This document shows positions 1 to 10,400 of a stretch of DNA of 64,000 nucleotides, piece by piece. Below the pieces are notes generated by a model, which worked only from the letters and a program-made list of their open reading frames with translations, searched no databases and had not been told where the DNA came from. The stretch spans positions 1,254-65,253 of the forward strand of contig DFGL01000060.1 in assembly GCA_002371215.1 (NCBI GenBank), given 5' to 3'. This DNA comes from Ruminococcaceae bacterium UBA3751 (GTDB lineage Bacteria > Bacillota > Clostridia > Oscillospirales > Acutalibacteraceae). Within the stretch, counting starts at the first letter, position 1; every line of letters starts with the position of its first letter. The translations under genes were made by a program, and so were the position numbers.

Positions 1-1
1 C

Positions 2-3000
2 GACGTTTATGATGACTTAAAGCAGTACAAGAACGCAACTGAGGACGAACTCAAGAAGGCTCTTGAAAGCGACGAGCTTTTAAGAAAACTTTACAGCCAG
101 ACAGTTTCTTACGGCGTTTCCGACGCTGACGTAAGAAACCGCGCTACTATCGATTCTATCGGAAGCGTTGTTGACGGACTTGACGGTACCCCCGTAACAA
201 ACAGCGGCAAAACGCTCGCTGAGGTTCCCGCAACAAAAGCTGCTTTTGATGAGGAATTCGGCGCAGGCAAGGATTATTTAATTACTTATTATAACAATAT
301 CCTTACCAAGATTGGTTTACCGAAGCTTCAGAACGCTGCAGAGCTTGTTTTCTATCACAAGACTACTTACGGCGCTAACGTACTTTACGCAAACATTTAC
401 CTTTACCTTATGGAAAAGGCAGGCAAAACCGTAAACGCAAAGGCATTTGGCGACGAAGACACAAAACTTACTGTTAAAACCGCTTATGACAAGCTTTATA
501 AGGACCCCGACGACGCATCTGACGAAGGCCTCTACAGCCTTGACGAATTCGTTGACGATTACGTTGGAGCAACAAAGGGTGAAAAGCTTTTCTATAACCC
601 GACAAGCGACGCTGATTTAAATAAGAGCCTCTACAAGAGTTATGTTCTTTACGCTGTATACGATAAACTCTTCGGCGGACTCGGTGCTGACAATAAAGAA
701 TATGCAACGCTCCTTACCGAAGTTAATAAAGAAGCTAATTTAGTTGACGAGAAGAGTGAAGACGCTAAGGCAACAGATACTCTTAAGAATGCAATGCTCA
801 GCAAACTTGGAGTCGGCGATGACGGTACTCTTTATAAAGAAGCCGGCGGTTTCTGCATTGTTGATTTCTTTATGCAGTACGTTGCCAACGAAAAGAAATA
901 CGGCTTTGACGGAACAAAGTACGCTCCCAAGACCGATGAGGAAAAGGTTGCCGTAGCAAGCGCCGTATTTGATAACAAAGTAGTTGGCTTACTTGATACA
1001 ATCTCAGCTTTCGTTGACATTGAGAACGTTCTCAAGCAGCTCGTTGGCGGCGAGATTGACCTCGTTGCAATGCTTCAGGGAATCTGGCAGAGACTTTACG
1101 ACGCTCCCGTTGAAACAGTATTCAACCTCCTTCCCCCTGTTCTTATGCTTGTTGACGGTATACTTCCGCTTATTCTCCGCGATGACGTTGACGACGCAAA
1201 TAAGGTTGAGGCTGAAATTCTCGGCGGTCTCAGTTCACTCTTTGATAAGACTAATCTTGAAAACCTTATCATGGACGATACGCTCGGCGTTATCATCAAG
1301 AGCCTTGCAAAAACAGACGCGCTTTGCCTTTACAAGTATTCCCAGGTAAGTGGTAATACAACAATCGGTCTCGGCTCTGTTCATATTGATTTGAACAAGA
1401 CTCTCCCCGCTATCCTTCACTGGGTAACAGGAGATAAGGCAGGAGCTATCAAAATCGTAGGTACATATCCCAAGACAAAGACTTTCAAGGGCGCTGTTTA
1501 CTACGATGAAAACGGAATCAGGCAGATTGATAACAATAAGGTTGTTACAGCCAGATTCAACAGCAACATCCCTGTTTTCACTAACATTTATATTGCCGAC
1601 CAGTTCATTTATGCTCTCAATAACGAAAAGCTCGCTAAGATGATTAAGGGCGTTCTCGGCGATACCGTTAAGAATCTGTTTGATAATAACGGCCTCAAAG
1701 AGATTATCTCAGAGCTCCTCACCTTCCTGAGAGACGCTATTGACGACTATGTGGCTGCTAACGGCAAGAACGATAAGAACTATCTTGTTGGCTACGAAAA
1801 TAACGACGGTCTTAACGATATTAAGGTTGCGCTTCCGAAGATAATTGACCAGCTCGGTAAGAACTTCATGAAGAAGTACAACGTTAAATCCGACTGGGCG
1901 TTCGCTTACGAAGGAAAGATTAAGACCCGCTCGGTTAAGGATAAAGACAATAACAGCAAGACAGAGACTTACAACGCTCACTTTGATAACTTCATTGAGT
2001 ATTCAAAGACTATTGATAAGAAAGACAATCCGGTTAATATTCTTACATCTATAGTTGACCTTCTTATCGGTAACTGGATTAACGCACTTCTTGACTTCCT
2101 TAACGACGTACTTGTTGACGACGCTAACAAGATTACATCCGAAGTTCCGCTTGTTCAGGGCTTACTTGCTGCTCTCGGCGACTTTGGCGACAAGAGTATC
2201 ATTACCGACGCTCTTAACGGTCTCTTCCAGCTCAAGAGAAGCGATAAAGCATCCTTCACCTTAACTGAGAGAACCAAGAGTAATAAGAACGCTAAGTTAA
2301 TCAAGGGTGAAAGCGATACCAAGTTCGTTGGTTTCTCGCTTACATCGGGATTCTTCCTTATCAGTAACGTCCGCTTCTCAAAGAACGGACAGATAAGAGG
2401 CTTATGGCCGTTTATTGAAGCTATTGTTAAAAATGATGAGAAAGTAAAGGCAGACTACAGTCTTAAGAAAGCATTAAGAACTACTGCTCCCCTTCTTGCC
2501 GGTTCCAAGAAGGCGACTAAATCAGCTGCCGGCACAGATTACAGCAAGCTTCTTACAAAAGAGAATAAAAAAGCTGCGCAGAAGCTTGTTGACGCACTTG
2601 ACGACATTCTCGCATCTCTTCTTGAAAATACATCAGTTAACGGATTTGACCTTGATAAGACAGATAATCTTCTTTCAGCATTCGCAACAGTATTTGCCGC
2701 ATACTTCGGCGCAAAGAATACTGACGACATTGTTAAGCTGTTCAACAACTACCTCTTCTTCGTAACGGGTGAATCACACAAGACTCACTCCAAGAACGGT
2801 AAGATAGGTACTCAGCCTACAAAGAAGGGCAACGTTGACGCTAAGAAGGTTTACACATCTGCTAACCTTTCAAACTTCGTTATTCAGACATATTCAGTTC
2901 TTGAAAACCTTATTGACTACCTGTTCTACAATAAGGACAGCGGTCTCCTCAAATCAAGAGACCCGAACATGCTCATTGCAGACGCTCTTTACGGAATCGT

Positions 3001-6000
3001 TTCCCCTGACGCTGTAGCAATCAGAATGAGCAGCGATTACGAGAAGACGGCTGAAATTCTTAAGAAGAAAGATTACCTCAACTGGAATTCCTTCAAGGTA
3101 CAGATTACAGGCCTTGACATTCAGAAGAAGAAGTACAACACCTATGACTTCCTGAAGTACGGCTTTAAGGCTGGCGATAAGAAAGCCTTCTATGACGGAC
3201 TCGGCGAATCATTGAACGGTATTGCAGGCGTTCTCGGCGCTATCTTCGTAACGAGCTACACAGATAAGGACAGAAGCGGTAACCTTTACAGCGAAGTTCT
3301 TTATCCGCTTCTCAGCAACCTTGCTGACGGAGTTGGCGCAAACGGCGTAATGGCTCCTGCAGCATTCAATAAGGCAACAGCTCCCAAACAGCTTATTGAC
3401 GGAATTATGATGCCGATAGGCAACATCCTTTCCAAGCTTTACGATAAGCCGCTCAGCTTCATCCTTAACCTCGTTAAGGGCTTGGCTGGAGTTGTTAAAG
3501 ACAGTACGATTAAACAACTCATCTTCGGTATACAGGATACCGCTAACCTCCATATTAACGGTATAACGAACATAATCAATTACCTGTCGCCGTCTTACGC
3601 AAAATCGCTTAAGAAGAATATAGGCAATATTGACGTAGGCTTACCGAAGAATAACATTCTTGTATCAATACTCAATAAATTCCTTGCTGATAAGCTCGGA
3701 TTTGCAATTCCTAATATTGACTGGGATAAGCTTAATAAAGCTTCAACCTCAGGCGAGGTTCTCCTCTTAGTTTACGGCTATGTTGTTGATACTCTCCTCG
3801 GTTCAGACTTACTTACATCTCTCATTGACAGCCTTGACCCGAACCTCAGCAGCATCCTTAAGAAACTCTCCGCTGCACAGATTCTTCAGATTCTTACAGA
3901 TATTATCGGAGTAGTTCAGAGCCCGACAGAAGTTTACTGGTCATTCAGCGAATATGCAGCAAAACTTGCAAACACCTTCTCCTATCCGAGAGGCATTACA
4001 GCAAGAAAAGCTAACAAGGGCGTTAAACAGCTTGATAAGATTGTTGAAAACGTATTCCCGCTTCTCAACGGTCTCGGCGTAACCGATATTGAAGGCCTCG
4101 GCGCACTTGTTAACGATAAACTTTATACAAACGAAATTATTACTTCACTTGCTAAAGCTCTTTACGGAGCAATCAACGGCAACGATACTGTAGTTCAGGT
4201 ATTCAGTGCTCTCGGAATGGATATGACAACCAAGGGCGTTGCAAATTACCTTATGGATAAGAGCTACGGAAAGACCTATTCAAGCGCTGCTAAAACGCTC
4301 AGAAAGGTTAAGAGCTGGGATAAGGTTAAAACGCTTAACTGGGGCTTCACAAACGGCTCAGCTAACGCTCAGACTGGCTTTATCAACGGTCTTGCCGCTG
4401 CACTTCGTCCGCTTAACAGCGCACTTTCAATCCTCCTTGCCGAAGGCAGACTCGGATTGATTGAGAACCTTGACATTAAAGAAATTGTTAAATTAATAGT
4501 TAACGCACTCGTTAAATCCAACGAAAGCGAAATCTTAACCGACAAGGGCGAGCTCGCTGCAACCCTCAGATACAGACTCAAGGGAGATACGTTTATTCTC
4601 ACAGTACAGAGCTACGGTATCAAGGGTAACGGAAAGAGAACTCTTAAGAGCGTTCTCAAGATAGACGTTGACGCAGTTGCTAAGGATATTGAGGCTATTC
4701 TTGACAGAATTCACCTCACTCTCGGCACAAACGGCTACGAAAGCGCAATAATCCCGCTTCTTGAAGCATTTATGTGCGACGACATTAAGACTTACAAAGA
4801 GTATAAGAAGGATTATGCTAAGGCTAAAGATAATCTCCTTATTGATATCCTCAAGCCAATCGGCGGTCTCCTCAATAAGCTTGTTGATAAGCCGTTTGAT
4901 ACTCTTACAGCTATCCTTCCGAACCTTGCTTACTTTATTGACAGCAACGGACTTTCACAGGCAGTAGGTAATCTCCTTGCTCCGATTACTGCAAAGGACG
5001 GTCTCATCGGCGTTCTCAAGAAGAACGGACTTGATATAGACGAGATTGTTGAAGCAATAACAGGCAAGAGCCTCGGAAAGATTATTGCTGACCTTGTTGG
5101 AACAAACAAAGAGCTTAAGCTCGAACTTACGAACCTTAAAACATTTAACGTACAGGATCTTCTGATTCCGCTGCTTACAAATCTGCTCAAGGATAAGGTT
5201 GGACTTACCCTTCCCGAATTCACCTTCGCAGCTATTGCAAGCCATGGAACAATTAAGACAGTTAAGAGCGCTGCTAAGAACGATGAGGGAACTTACCTCA
5301 CCGAACAGGTACAGGCAAGACAGGGCGAGGTTCTCGTTGCTGTACTCAGATACATTGCTGATACCCTTATCAAGAATGCGGGCGCACTTAAGGATCTCCT
5401 CGGCGGAATTGACGCAATCAAGAACAACGATACCATCAAGGCTATCCTTGACAGCGTATTTGATACAATCTCAGTTGCTGATAAGGACGATATCGTAAGA
5501 GCTATCTTCTATCTCCTTGCAGGCGACCCGACAGATAAGTTCTTTGATTACAGAAACTTCCAGACGAAGGCTAACACATTCAGCTTCGGCGACCTTGACG
5601 AAGACTTCTGCCGTAAGCTCGCTCCGATGCTTGACGGACTTATCGCCGGCATTATCCCCGGCGGCGAGGGACTCACAGGTCTTGTAAGCGAAAAGCTTTA
5701 CACCGACGAATTAATCGGTAAGCTCGCAACAGGACTTTACGGCGCAGTTGAAGGAGTTAAGATAAGCGACAGCATAGGCAGCCTGACTGACCTTCTTGCT
5801 CAGACGGACATTGACTTCTCAACAGGCAACGTTGCTGCCCTTCTTACAAACGCTAAGTACGGAAGAAAGTATGAGGCTGCTGCTGCAACAATCAGAAGCG
5901 CAGGCTCATGGAAGGACATCCAGGCTAAGGACCTTGCCTTTGGCGTAAAAGACAGAGACAGCTTCCTCCACGCTCTTACCGCTGTTCTTCGTCCTCTCTT

Positions 6001-6880
6001 CGGCGTACTTGACGTACTCCTCAACGATAAGGCGCTCAACATCTTCAACCTCGTTGAGCTTCCGGGTTCAGACGGTTACACTTCAACCTTCGTTCCTCTT
6101 CTTGAGGCTCTCGGAGTTTACAACATTAAGACTCAGTATCAGTACAGAGAAGACTGCTTCAACGAATACGACAGCCTCCTCCTCGATATCCTTAATCCTC
6201 TCTGGGATAAGGTTGAGGATATTCTGGCAGCACCGCTTGAGGTAGTAATGAACTTACTTCCCAACCTTGCGCTGGTATTCGCAAACGACGGACTTCTCCA
6301 GATTATTGATAATCTTATTACTCCTATTACAGCACTGCTTGACGCACTTAAGCCCATCGTAAATATCAACGATATTCTTAAGGCAGCTAACCTTGACGTT
6401 CCTAAGCTTCTCAAGGATAAGGTAGGACTTAACGTTACTAAGTTTGACCTCTATGACATTCAGGGAACACTCAAGCCGCTCCTCGGCGCAGACAATGTTG
6501 TAACAACGCTCAACGCAGTTCTCAAGATAATCAAGATTAAGGAAAAACCGCTCAATCTTGAATTACCTGAAATTGATTGGCTCCGCCTTGCAAGCCACGG
6601 TGAATATAACTTCAACGCTACTTCACAGGTTGCTTGCTTCGGCAGAAGAATCGCTGTTAAGGGCGACGAGGATGAAACCTTAATTGCAGTACTCAGATTC
6701 CTTATAGATACAATCAACTATAAGAACAACTACAAGTCACTTATGGATCTCCTCGGCGGATTATTCGAGGGCAACGATACGGTTGCGGGAATTCTTGACC
6801 AGGTATTCGGAATGCTTCAGGGCGATTCTGATGAAGTAATCAAGAACCTTGTAGACCTTCTCCAGACTCTCGCAGGATAA
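2..6880 (+). CDS. Giant uncharacterised helical-repeat protein, 5'-truncated by the window edge (at least 2292 aa in window)
   Basis: The frame of the 410..6880 ORF stays open back to nt 2 with no stop, so the N-terminus lies upstream of the window. The protein is Leu/Asp/Lys/Asn-rich and contains no catalytic motif I recognise. It carries internal repeated modules (see the repeat feature). A rho-independent terminator follows the stop codon. Confidence 0.85.
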   Translation, partial: DVYDDLKQYKNATEDELKKALESDELLRKLYSQTVSYGVSDADVRNRATIDSIGSVVDGLDGTPVTNSGKTLAEVPATKAAFDEEFGAGKDYLITYYNNILTKIGLPKLQNAAELVFYHKTTYGANVLYANIYLYLMEKAGKTVNAKAFGDEDTKLTVKTAYDKLYKDPDDASDEGLYSLDEFVDDYVGATKGEKLFYNPTSDADLNKSLYKSYVLYAVYDKLFGGLGADNKEYATLLTEVNKEANLVDEKSEDAKATDTLKNAMLSKLGVGDDGTLYKEAGGFCIVDFFMQYVANEKKYGFDGTKYAPKTDEEKVAVASAVFDNKVVGLLDTISAFVDIENVLKQLVGGEIDLVAMLQGIWQRLYDAPVETVFNLLPPVLMLVDGILPLILRDDVDDANKVEAEILGGLSSLFDKTNLENLIMDDTLGVIIKSLAKTDALCLYKYSQVSGNTTIGLGSVHIDLNKTLPAILHWVTGDKAGAIKIVGTYPKTKTFKGAVYYDENGIRQIDNNKVVTARFNSNIPVFTNIYIADQFIYALNNEKLAKMIKGVLGDTVKNLFDNNGLKEIISELLTFLRDAIDDYVAANGKNDKNYLVGYENNDGLNDIKVALPKIIDQLGKNFMKKYNVKSDWAFAYEGKIKTRSVKDKDNNSKTETYNAHFDNFIEYSKTIDKKDNPVNILTSIVDLLIGNWINALLDFLNDVLVDDANKITSEVPLVQGLLAALGDFGDKSIITDALNGLFQLKRSDKASFTLTERTKSNKNAKLIKGESDTKFVGFSLTSGFFLISNVRFSKNGQIRGLWPFIEAIVKNDEKVKADYSLKKALRTTAPLLAGSKKATKSAAGTDYSKLLTKENKKAAQKLVDALDDILASLLENTSVNGFDLDKTDNLLSAFATVFAAYFGAKNTDDIVKLFNNYLFFVTGESHKTHSKNGKIGTQPTKKGNVDAKKVYTSANLSNFVIQTYSVLENLIDYLFYNKDSGLLKSRDPNMLIADALYGIVSPDAVAIRMSSDYEKTAEILKKKDYLNWNSFKVQITGLDIQKKKYNTYDFLKYGFKAGDKKAFYDGLGESLNGIAGVLGAIFVTSYTDKDRSGNLYSEVLYPLLSNLADGVGANGVMAPAAFNKATAPKQLIDGIMMPIGNILSKLYDKPLSFILNLVKGLAGVVKDSTIKQLIFGIQDTANLHINGITNIINYLSPSYAKSLKKNIGNIDVGLPKNNILVSILNKFLADKLGFAIPNIDWDKLNKASTSGEVLLLVYGYVVDTLLGSDLLTSLIDSLDPNLSSILKKLSAAQILQILTDIIGVVQSPTEVYWSFSEYAAKLANTFSYPRGITARKANKGVKQLDKIVENVFPLLNGLGVTDIEGLGALVNDKLYTNEIITSLAKALYGAINGNDTVVQVFSALGMDMTTKGVANYLMDKSYGKTYSSAAKTLRKVKSWDKVKTLNWGFTNGSANAQTGFINGLAAALRPLNSALSILLAEGRLGLIENLDIKEIVKLIVNALVKSNESEILTDKGELAATLRYRLKGDTFILTVQSYGIKGNGKRTLKSVLKIDVDAVAKDIEAILDRIHLTLGTNGYESAIIPLLEAFMCDDIKTYKEYKKDYAKAKDNLLIDILKPIGGLLNKLVDKPFDTLTAILPNLAYFIDSNGLSQAVGNLLAPITAKDGLIGVLKKNGLDIDEIVEAITGKSLGKIIADLVGTNKELKLELTNLKTFNVQDLLIPLLTNLLKDKVGLTLPEFTFAAIASHGTIKTVKSAAKNDEGTYLTEQVQARQGEVLVAVLRYIADTLIKNAGALKDLLGGIDAIKNNDTIKAILDSVFDTISVADKDDIVRAIFYLLAGDPTDKFFDYRNFQTKANTFSFGDLDEDFCRKLAPMLDGLIAGIIPGGEGLTGLVSEKLYTDELIGKLATGLYGAVEGVKISDSIGSLTDLLAQTDIDFSTGNVAALLTNAKYGRKYEAAAATIRSAGSWKDIQAKDLAFGVKDRDSFLHALTAVLRPLFGVLDVLLNDKALNIFNLVELPGSDGYTSTFVPLLEALGVYNIKTQYQYREDCFNEYDSLLLDILNPLWDKVEDILAAPLEVVMNLLPNLALVFANDGLLQIIDNLITPITALLDALKPIVNINDILKAANLDVPKLLKDKVGLNVTKFDLYDIQGTLKPLLGADNVVTTLNAVLKIIKIKEKPLNLELPEIDWLRLASHGEYNFNATSQVACFGRRIAVKGDEDETLIAVLRFLIDTINYKNNYKSLMDLLGGLFEGNDTVAGILDQVFGMLQGDSDEVIKNLVDLLQTLAG
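4121..6877 (+). repeat. Tandem duplication of a protein module about 400-525 aa long inside the giant CDS
   Basis: Copy A starts with LYTNEIITSLAKALYGAING at nt 4121. Copy B starts with LYTDELIGKLATGLYGAVEG at nt 5696, giving a period of 1575 nt. The copies share ordered anchors: SWDK/SWKD, AALRPL/AVLRPL, GYESAIIPLLEAF/GYTSTFVPLLEAL, ILPNLAYF/LLPNLALV, LPEFTF..ASHG/LPEIDW..ASHG and VLVAVLRYIADT/LIAVLRFLIDT. Older degenerate copies have cores near nt 1094 and nt 3284 (LYSEVLYPLLSNL). Confidence 0.8.
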
Positions 6881-6897
6881 TTCCTGAAACACAAATT

Positions 6898-6932
6898 AAA
6901 AGATGAACGGCAATGCCGTTCATCTTTTTTTG
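6898..6932 (+). terminator. Rho-independent terminator of the giant CDS
   Basis: The stem AGATGAACGGC / GCCGTTCATCT (6901-6911 / 6915-6925) has a 3-nt loop and is followed by a T-run. Confidence 0.85.
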
Positions 6933-7123
6933 TTAAGAATTAAGAAATATTCGTTGCAATAAAACTATCGTATGGAGCGGCGTCCTCGACGCTCCGCCAA
7001 AAATATAGGGGCGAGTCTCCGTGCGCACGCACGTAAATTAAGAATTAAGAGTTAAGAATTAATAAATGCTGGTTGCAACAACGAATACTGTAGTTAATTC
7101 CGAATTCCGCTTTCCGAATTAAC
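6931..7123. repeat. Mosaic intergenic repeat, locus A (heptamer arrays, TTGCAAT box and GC hairpin)
   Basis: Heptamers TGTTAAG AATTAAG lie at 6931-6944. The box ATTCGTTGCAAT lies at 6949-6960. A GGAGCG..CGCTCC hairpin lies at 6974-6995. Heptamers AATTAAG AATTAAG AGTTAAG AATTAAT lie at 7036-7063. The inverted box variant GGTTGCAACAACGAAT lies at 7071-7086. Heptamers AATTCCG AATTCCG CTTTCCG AATTAAC lie at 7096-7123. Confidence 0.75.
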
Positions 7124-7359
7124 AATCGTCCGTCCTGCATCCGTTTATCTTACTTTTATTGTTAGAGAATGTATTTACCGCAGGCTATAAAGCCGTCAAC
7201 ACAACAACATATTCTGCTTCGCAGCAGTATTCACCTTTAAAAAGCGCTATATATTGTTTTTTTCGCTCTTTTAGCCGGTAAACAGCTCCTGTTATGTCTA
7301 ATTGCAAAAAGCTTTTAAATCTGCTCTCAGAGACTGATTACGGCAACTGCTTAACGGCA

Positions 7360-7396
7360 TAAAAATATCCGCCACCGTTTTACCGATGGCGGATAT
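7360..7396 (-). terminator. Rho-independent terminator of the 1343-aa secreted protein gene
   Basis: On the minus strand, ATATCCGCCATCGG-TAAAA-CGGTGGCGGATAT is followed by TTTTT. Confidence 0.8.
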
Positions 7397-7407
7397 TAAA
7401 TCTTAGC

Positions 7408-10400
7408 TTATTTTACCTTTACAGCCTTAGGATTTGAGAACGGAGAGTAAATCTTCTTACCGCTCTTAACTGTATAGGATTTAATTCTTACATAATACTT
7501 CTTGCCTGACTTAAGTCCGCTGATGGTCTTGGAGGTTGTGCTTCTGCCTTCAACCTTAACCTTCTTTGAATTCTTAAATGCTTTTGAAGTACTGTATTCA
7601 ATATAGTAGCCCTTTACGCTCGTGGACTTGCTCTTCTTATATTTAATCTTGAGAGCGCCCTTCTTAGATACGAGCTTAATCTTTCTTGCGTTCTTAGGAC
7701 CGATTGTGTACTTAGCGGTCTTGTTCTTACCTTCGTAAGCGCCGATAAATACTACCGTTACCTTATAAGCGCCGATTTTCTTTGAATTATCCTTTGAATA
7801 CTTAACCTTGTAAGCAACGCCCTTCTTAAGAACTTCGCCGTTAAGAGTTACCTTTACGGAAGGCTTCTGAATCTTGCCGTTATAAGCGTATTTTCTCTTT
7901 GAGAGCTTAATCTTAGCCTTTGAAGCGTCAATCTTATTAAGGTTGAGAGTATTGTTAAGGCTCTTGATAGCGTCGCCGATTGACTTGCCTGCGTCAGCAG
8001 TTGCGTCCTTATTATCGCCGTTATCATAGAAGTAATCAAGGATTGCAGCGTACGTCTTCATCTTGCCGGCTTTTTCGCCCTTTTCAATAAGAGCGCTTAA
8101 ATTGCTGCCTACAAGCGGGAATCCGCCGATTTTTTCCTTAAGAGCATCAGCGTTAGCCTTATTAGCGAAAAGGTTATCATAGAGGTAATAAACAGCCTCT
8201 GTGAACATATCGTCGCCGCCGATGTATCTTACAGCAACGTAATCCTTATCATACTGAGCGCTCTTATTAACCTTAAAGGTTGTATACTTATTAAGCGCGT
8301 TCCAATCCGGCATTGCAAGGTTAATGCCGAGGCCTGCAAGCTTATCGTTGATTAACTTGAGAAGTGCAGGAGCAAGAACGTTTTTATTAACTAATGTATC
8401 AAGCTTCATACCTTCAATTTCGATGTCGGTTACAAGACCTGAAAGCATTCCTAAATCGCGAACAAGATTTGAGTAAGCGATTGACGGGATATCGCTCTGA
8501 ACAAGGTCGCCGAGTCTCGGGAGAAGGATGAGGATATCGGTAAGAGTATTAAACTCATCGTCAATTAAGCTGAATACGCCGTCAATTACAGGTTTGAGAA
8601 GCTCGTCGCCGGCGATTGACGTTGCTCTTATCTGCTTTTCGTAATCTGATGATTCAGGAGCAGTTGCATAAGTCTGTGCAAATACTGTAAGGTAATTTGC
8701 TTTATATTCAGCGTCAGTCGGGAGATTCTTTACGCCGAGAACTTCAAGAAGCTTAACGCAGCATTCATAAACACCAAAGGTGTATTCGCCCGTAGCCTTG
8801 TCAGCGTGGTTAAAGAATTCGATGCCGAACGGATTGTCGGGATAGCAGAGTCCCGTAATCGGGCGGAGAACTGCGAGAAGAGCTTTTTCAAAGCCGTCTC
8901 TGTCGCCGTCATTAAATCCGAAGTCGCCGTTCTTGAACTCAATAGCTGCGATAGCGTCGTACATATTGGCGTCTTCATAATTTGTTGTTCCGTCGTCGTT
9001 TGTTCCGCAGGGAACCTGAACGGGATTGCCGTCCTTATCGGTAGGTACCTTTCCGCTTGCAATTACGTTATAAATCTTACCCTTTGCAGCAGCGAAATCA
9101 TCCTCGTAAAGTCTTGCAACAAAGCCTTCAACAGGGATAACGCTTTGAACTACGTCACCTGCCTTCATACCGGGAGCAATCTCTGACTTATTGTGAGAAA
9201 GAGTTGCATAAAGGCCGTAAATCTTTCCGATTGTTTCGTTTGAAAGGTGCTGCTTGAGAGCAGAGTTTACAACGTCGTTTTTATCTTCAATTACTATCTG
9301 GTCAGTCAGAGTGGGAAGAAGGTCGTCAATAATAAAGTTTTCAACGTTATCAATGCTCTTTTCTTTTCCGAGAGCCTTGATAGCCTCGCTGTCAGAATTA
9401 GGATACGTAACCTTATCAGCCTTCTTGGCAGCTTCCTCGCTGTGCTTATTTGTATCAACGTCGGGTGCCTGAATCTGAGTGTACTTATTCCAGGTTTCGG
9501 GGTCGCAGTACGCATTTTCCTTGGCAGCGTCGCTGAGAGCGAGATATCTTTCTCTTGCTTCTTTTCTTACGCTGTCGTCTACCTTATCAAGGTCGATTGA
9601 CTTAACGTAATCCTTGAACTCACTTGCGAGGATTACAAGGTAAGTATTGTAAAGATCTGCGTCATCCTGTACTGCAGCCTTGAACTCATCGGTAAGAGCG
9701 TTATATTTCTGCTCTGCAACAGTTCTGTTTTCAGCAGTGATGTTATTGAGGTCAACGCCTTCAACATACTTTCTGAAATCGTCTATCTGAATCTGAAGAT
9801 ACTTATTATATTCGCTTTTGTATATCTGGTCATCGCCGGGAACGATAAGCGGCTTGAAGTTTTCATCAGTATCGTTAAGCAACTTGGTTGATTCAGTTCT
9901 GTTTGCGTCTGTTACGTTGTTCATATCAACAGCGTTAACATAGTTAACAAACTGACTTGTCATAATGGTCTGAGTGTTTTCCCAAAGTTCGCTTGTATTC
10001 TTAACTATGTTCTGATGCTCTTCCTTAAGGTTATTAAACGCATCCCAAACAGCGTCAACGTCATCCTGAGTGATGTTCGGCTGCTTTGCGATAGTGTTGT
10101 TTACAAGCTCTGTATACTCTTCAATAGGAAGCTGTTCAGCATATGCGTCTGCAACGGCATTGATAAGCGCCTGAAGCTTAATACCGTTATAGCCCGCTGC
10201 GTTTGACATAGTTGACGGGTTAGCTGCTAAGTATTCAATTGAAGCGGCAGCGTCGTCATCGCCGAACTTGATATTTTCTTTAGCTGTAAGATTTGAAATC
10301 TCAGGATTAAAGAGCGGAGCCGGAGAAGTTGTAAAGTTCTTATCAAATAGGTCAATGATATACTTGCCCGTATCCGTAAGGTCATTATATGCGTTATAAG

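Noticed and set aside
474-6717. Numerous ORFs of 60-120 aa on both strands within the giant CDS.
   Set aside because: All are nested in alternative frames of a continuous 6.9-kb reading frame. They lack SDs and encode Ser/Leu/Arg-rich shadow translations.
7036-7123. Heptamer arrays considered as a possible CRISPR array or other spacer-containing array.
   Set aside because: The units are 7 nt long and directly abutting, with no spacers. There is no 24-48 nt repeat periodicity and no cas genes.
7150-7360. A possible small gene or sRNA in the long convergent intergenic region, for example a 23-codon ORF starting within 7165-7175.
   Set aside because: It has only a weak AGAGA upstream, no promoter-like boxes and no terminator of its own. 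I cannot support it from sequence alone.
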